Sequence record: MT446422.1
Strand: one strand, 5' to 3'
DNA length: 64,000 nt
Source of the DNA: Escherichia virus TH57
Shown: piece by piece, positions 62,331 to 64,000 of the stretch
How the letters are laid out: every line of letters begins with the position of its first letter
How positions within the stretch are numbered: the stretch's first letter is position 1
Notes under the pieces: model-generated
Told to the model about the DNA's origin: nothing
Databases searched by the model: none
The model's input: only the letters and a program-made list of their open reading frames with translations
Translations under genes and position numbers: made by a program

Positions 62331-62873
62331 ATGAAAAAAGTAATCGCCACCTTACTATTGACAGTTAGTATGTCTGCCCATAGCGTAGAGCCTACTTTCA
62401 GTAATGAACAAATGGAGAATCTCCAATATGCTTATGCATTTGGAGAACAGTTCCAGAAAAATGGTAAGTACAAAGAAAATCCGCACCAACATAATGGTTT
62501 GGGATATATCATGGCTGGTTTAACCTGGCAGGAAAGTTCTGCTGGCGTTAATACAGGATTAAATAAAGATAAGCATCATGCATATGGTATATTCCAAAAT
62601 TATCTTCCAACCGTGCGCGAGCGCGTAAAACAGGTTGGGTGGACAATGACAGATAAAGAAATAATCAAGATGATAAGCAAGAGAGAGAACAGTGCACGCT
62701 GGGCTTATATTGAGCTTTCATACTGGTTGAATATTCATAAGGGGGATATAAGAAAAACGCTATCATCATATAACGCAGGGTGGAATGTGAAAGCTGGAAA
62801 TACGTATGCTTCACAGGTTCTAGAAAAAGCTAACTACTTAAAATCACGAGGCCTATTAAAAACGGTGGATTAA
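62331..62873 (+). CDS. secreted protein with N-terminal signal peptide (possible lytic transglycosylase-like)
   Basis: 180 aa; signal peptide MKKVIATLLLTVSMSAHS; enzymatic assignment is speculative. Confidence 0.5.
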   Translation: MKKVIATLLLTVSMSAHSVEPTFSNEQMENLQYAYAFGEQFQKNGKYKENPHQHNGLGYIMAGLTWQESSAGVNTGLNKDKHHAYGIFQNYLPTVRERVKQVGWTMTDKEIIKMISKRENSARWAYIELSYWLNIHKGDIRKTLSSYNAGWNVKAGNTYASQVLEKANYLKSRGLLKTVD

Positions 62874-62875
62874 AA

Positions 62876-63235
62876 ATGGTAAGAGTTATCACTTTAGCCA
62901 TAGGGTTAGTATTCAGCATGGGAGGAATAGCTTCAGTACAGAGCGACGACAACAACAGCATCGTAGAATATGCAACGAGGACGGCTAAAGATTATTGCGC
63001 ATCAAGCAATGTGGATTGTGTAATCCGGTTCAGTGCCAAGCTCACAGCAGCCTATAAAGATGGTCAAAATGATGTTGAACATACGCTTTTGAAAAAGAAT
63101 GTATTATCCAACAAATATGAAAAGAAATTATTTGAAATGGATTGCATTCTATCAAGTGCAAAATATAAAGCGGCCTGCACCAGTATGGTTGACAGGTTAG
63201 TGGATTCATATAATAGAGGATTGAACTCTAAATGA
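62876..63235 (+). CDS. secreted/periplasmic hypothetical protein
   Basis: 119 aa; signal peptide MVRVITLAIGLVFSMGGIASV; four Cys. Confidence 0.5.
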   Translation: MVRVITLAIGLVFSMGGIASVQSDDNNSIVEYATRTAKDYCASSNVDCVIRFSAKLTAAYKDGQNDVEHTLLKKNVLSNKYEKKLFEMDCILSSAKYKAACTSMVDRLVDSYNRGLNSK

Positions 63236-63705
63236 TTACCCAGTATATTAAGGGCGATATCGTCGCCCTCTTTCTTCAAGGCAATATTATTGCGCATGGT
63301 TGCAACTGCTTTCACACAATGGGTTCTGGCGTAGCTGGACAGTTGGCGAAGGCTTATCCAAAAGTTTTAGAAATAGATAAAACCACTACTGAATATGGTT
63401 CTCGTAATAAATTAGGCGATATGTCTATCGTTTTTAAACATAATCCAACTGGATTTGGTATGTGCTATAATTTGTATACGCAATACGAACCAGGCCCTAA
63501 TCTTGATTATGGTGCTTTAGTAAATTGTATGATAGAATTAAATCTACAAGCAGAAACCCTTTTGTTTAAACCTGTAATTTATATTCCTCGTATTGGTTGT
63601 GGTATTGCAGGTGGAGATTGGGAAAAGGTTTCTAAATTAATCGACATGTTTACTCCTGACATTGATTTGATAGTGGTGGATTATGAGCCAAGTCCGAATT
63701 CTTAA
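63232..63705 (+). CDS. macro domain protein (putative ADP-ribose binding / hydrolase)
   Basis: 157 aa; IAHGCNCFHTMGSGVAGQLAKAYP resembles the macro-domain N-terminal signature (h.h.vNc...MGaGiA). Confidence 0.55.
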   Translation: MITQYIKGDIVALFLQGNIIAHGCNCFHTMGSGVAGQLAKAYPKVLEIDKTTTEYGSRNKLGDMSIVFKHNPTGFGMCYNLYTQYEPGPNLDYGALVNCMIELNLQAETLLFKPVIYIPRIGCGIAGGDWEKVSKLIDMFTPDIDLIVVDYEPSPNS

Positions 63706-63889
63706 AACGGCCAAATGTGAAAAATGCGAATGGCCAGTAATCGCAGCTTTATGCAACGATGAAATGAATTGCGAATATGATTACTGGTGGTACTGTTCTA
63801 ATAAAGGATGTTCTAATCATAAGGGTGAAGGTTTTCATTCTGGTTATTGCGAACATCCTAAATTTGTGCGATATGGTGAACCGAAATGA
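63683..63889 (+). CDS. hypothetical Cys-rich zinc-ribbon-like small protein
   Basis: 68 aa with about 10 Cys/His in CxxC-type spacing; start uncertain. Confidence 0.4.
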   Translation: MSQVRILKTAKCEKCEWPVIAALCNDEMNCEYDYWWYCSNKGCSNHKGEGFHSGYCEHPKFVRYGEPK

Positions 63890-64000
63890 GTTTAAGCATT
63901 AGTCAGAAAAGTAGATTATTTGAGCTTATCCATGAGCTTTTGGATGAGCATACGGAAGCAAACGCCTTTTATGATGAATATGGCCCGATAGATGCCGACC
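63887..64000 (+). CDS. hypothetical protein, N-terminal part (runs off window end)
   Basis: ATG at 63887 overlapping upstream stop; MSLSISQKSRLFELIHELLDEHTEANAFYDEYGPIDAD... Confidence 0.4.

Overview
This window is a contiguous segment of a T4-like (Tevenvirinae-type) myovirus genome: AT-rich, densely coding, and colinear with T4 from gene 29 through regB. All protein assignments come from reading the supplied translations against remembered T4 proteins and motifs; no database search was run. Positions 1-42331 are dominated by the minus-strand late structural module (baseplate hub 29/28/27/51, 26/25, uvsY, uvsW, hoc, rnlB, two tandem gene 24 copies, head genes 23-20 and 67/68, tail tube/sheath 19/18, terminase 17/16, neck 15/14/13, fibritin, short tail fibre 12, baseplate wedge 11-6, 5.4, 5, 53), punctuated by T4 late-promoter boxes (TATAAATA) and hairpin terminators. 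A free-standing HNH endonuclease gene sits between genes 18 and 19. Positions 42380-45694 carry 4, 2, 3, 1, 57A and 57B on the plus strand. Positions 45694-64000 are a plus-strand early, hyperplastic region: two clusters of internal-protein-like genes with the capsid targeting sequence MKTYQEFI.E (eight genes), two tRNAs (anticodons CAT and TCT), many small ORFs each preceded by repeated promoter cassettes, and recognisable nudE, e (lysozyme), denV and regB. The most unusual content is a tandem array of five small paralogs ending in a conserved W-x-S-S-x-x-C tail, followed by a nucleotidyltransferase-fold protein, an unknown protein and a membrane protein, and a macro-domain protein near the window end. 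No CRISPR array, integrase or transposase was seen.
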